NCBI GenBank assembly: GCA_964630855.1
Contig: CAZVXP010000021.1
Span: forward strand, 29,038 to 93,037
Length of the DNA: 64,000 nucleotides
Source of the DNA: an uncultured Thermodesulfobacteriota bacterium
Lineage (GTDB): Bacteria; Desulfobacterota; Thermodesulfobacteria; Thermodesulfobacteriales; Thermodesulfatatoraceae
Reading direction: 5' to 3'
Shown here: piece by piece, positions 63,561-64,000 of the stretch
Layout of the letters: every line of letters starts with the position of its first letter
Position numbering within the stretch: the first letter of the stretch is position 1
Notes under the pieces: model-generated
What the model was told of the DNA's origin: nothing
The model's input: only the letters and a program-made list of their open reading frames with translations
The model's database searches: none
Position numbers and translations under genes: made by a program

Positions 63561-64000
63561 CTACCGGAGAAAATCCGGGATGCGTTCTCCGGCTACCAGA
63601 CGGGCGTAATTTTCACGTCTTCGCACTACGAAAAAGCGATCTCCATGGACCAAGACCTCCGGAGGTCTGGGGCGGGAATTGTAGTTGGAAGACATCACGA
63701 AACCGTAAGCCCCAGCACTCATCACTGCCAGGAGCTCTCCAGGTCTGACCAGGGGCAATTTCCGGTCCTGAGCCAGAAAGTCTCCAGTTTCACAAATAGG
63801 ACCTACCACGTCGGTTACGATTTCGGGCCTTTCTTTGTGAACAACAGGGACTATCTCGTGATAGGCCTGATAGAAGGCCGGGCGGAGCAGGTCGTTCATG
63901 CCAGCGTCCACAATGATGAACTTCTTAGCTGGTGTTTCCTTGAAATAAAGGACCCTGGTTACCAGGATCCCGGCGTTTCCTACCAGTACGCGTCCGGGTT
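63561..64000 (-). CDS. lysA: diaminopimelate decarboxylase, C-terminal part (gene continues beyond the window)
   Basis: Motifs [39 protein letters not shown] and [22 protein letters not shown]. The frame is open to position 64000. Confidence 0.88.
   Translation of the reverse strand, partial: PGRVLVGNAGILVTRVLYFKETPAKKFIIVDAGMNDLLRPAFYQAYHEIVPVVHKERPEIVTDVVGPICETGDFLAQDRKLPLVRPGELLAVMSAGAYGFVMSSNYNSRPRPPEVLVHGDRFFVVRRRENYARLVAGERIPDFLR

Noticed and set aside
1-64000. Search for mobile elements, prophage genes, tRNA/rRNA genes and CRISPR arrays
   Set aside because: There are no transposase, integrase, recombinase or phage structural ORFs. No intergenic gap is long enough or structured like a tRNA or rRNA, and no regularly spaced direct repeats were seen.

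Overview
This is a densely packed bacterial chromosomal segment, about 90% coding, with many 1-4 nt start/stop overlaps. I found no rRNA, tRNA, CRISPR array, transposase or integrase. Most genes are housekeeping: acs, an mlaEFD-type lipid ABC/MCE operon, mtaB, ychF, trkHA, trpD, purL, folE2, folK, ino1, ispG, rsmI, mtaD, pcm, trxAB, bamD, radA and a lysA-dapF-dapA-dapB cluster. Gene content (ino1, a CooC-type NTPase, TauE/DUF1634, a CoA-disulfide-reductase-rhodanese fusion, BamD/BamE, a porin) suggests an anaerobic, probably thermophilic diderm, but the window cannot establish taxonomy. The strongest candidate for an undescribed system is 26742-32341, an A+T-richer set of four translationally coupled genes. 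They encode a zinc-ribbon protein with a degenerate GGDEF domain (ELGRY) but an intact RxxD I-site, a processive GT2 synthase (DAD/TAED/QRQRW), a secreted TolC-like/TIM-barrel-like fusion, and a HlyD-like adaptor. I read this as a c-di-GMP-gated tripartite exopolysaccharide exporter. Secondary candidates:
- a minus-strand block at 52023-60091: an AAA ATPase, an internally duplicated unknown protein, a DNA-repair-type radical SAM protein, a DUF4139 protein, and a UvrD-like helicase with a separately encoded PD-(D/E)xK nuclease
- a WP-repeat secreted protein at the end of the mla operon
- an Lpp-like lipoprotein ending in RK next to a LysM-YkuD L,D-transpeptidase

All family calls come from motifs read by eye. 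No database search was run.
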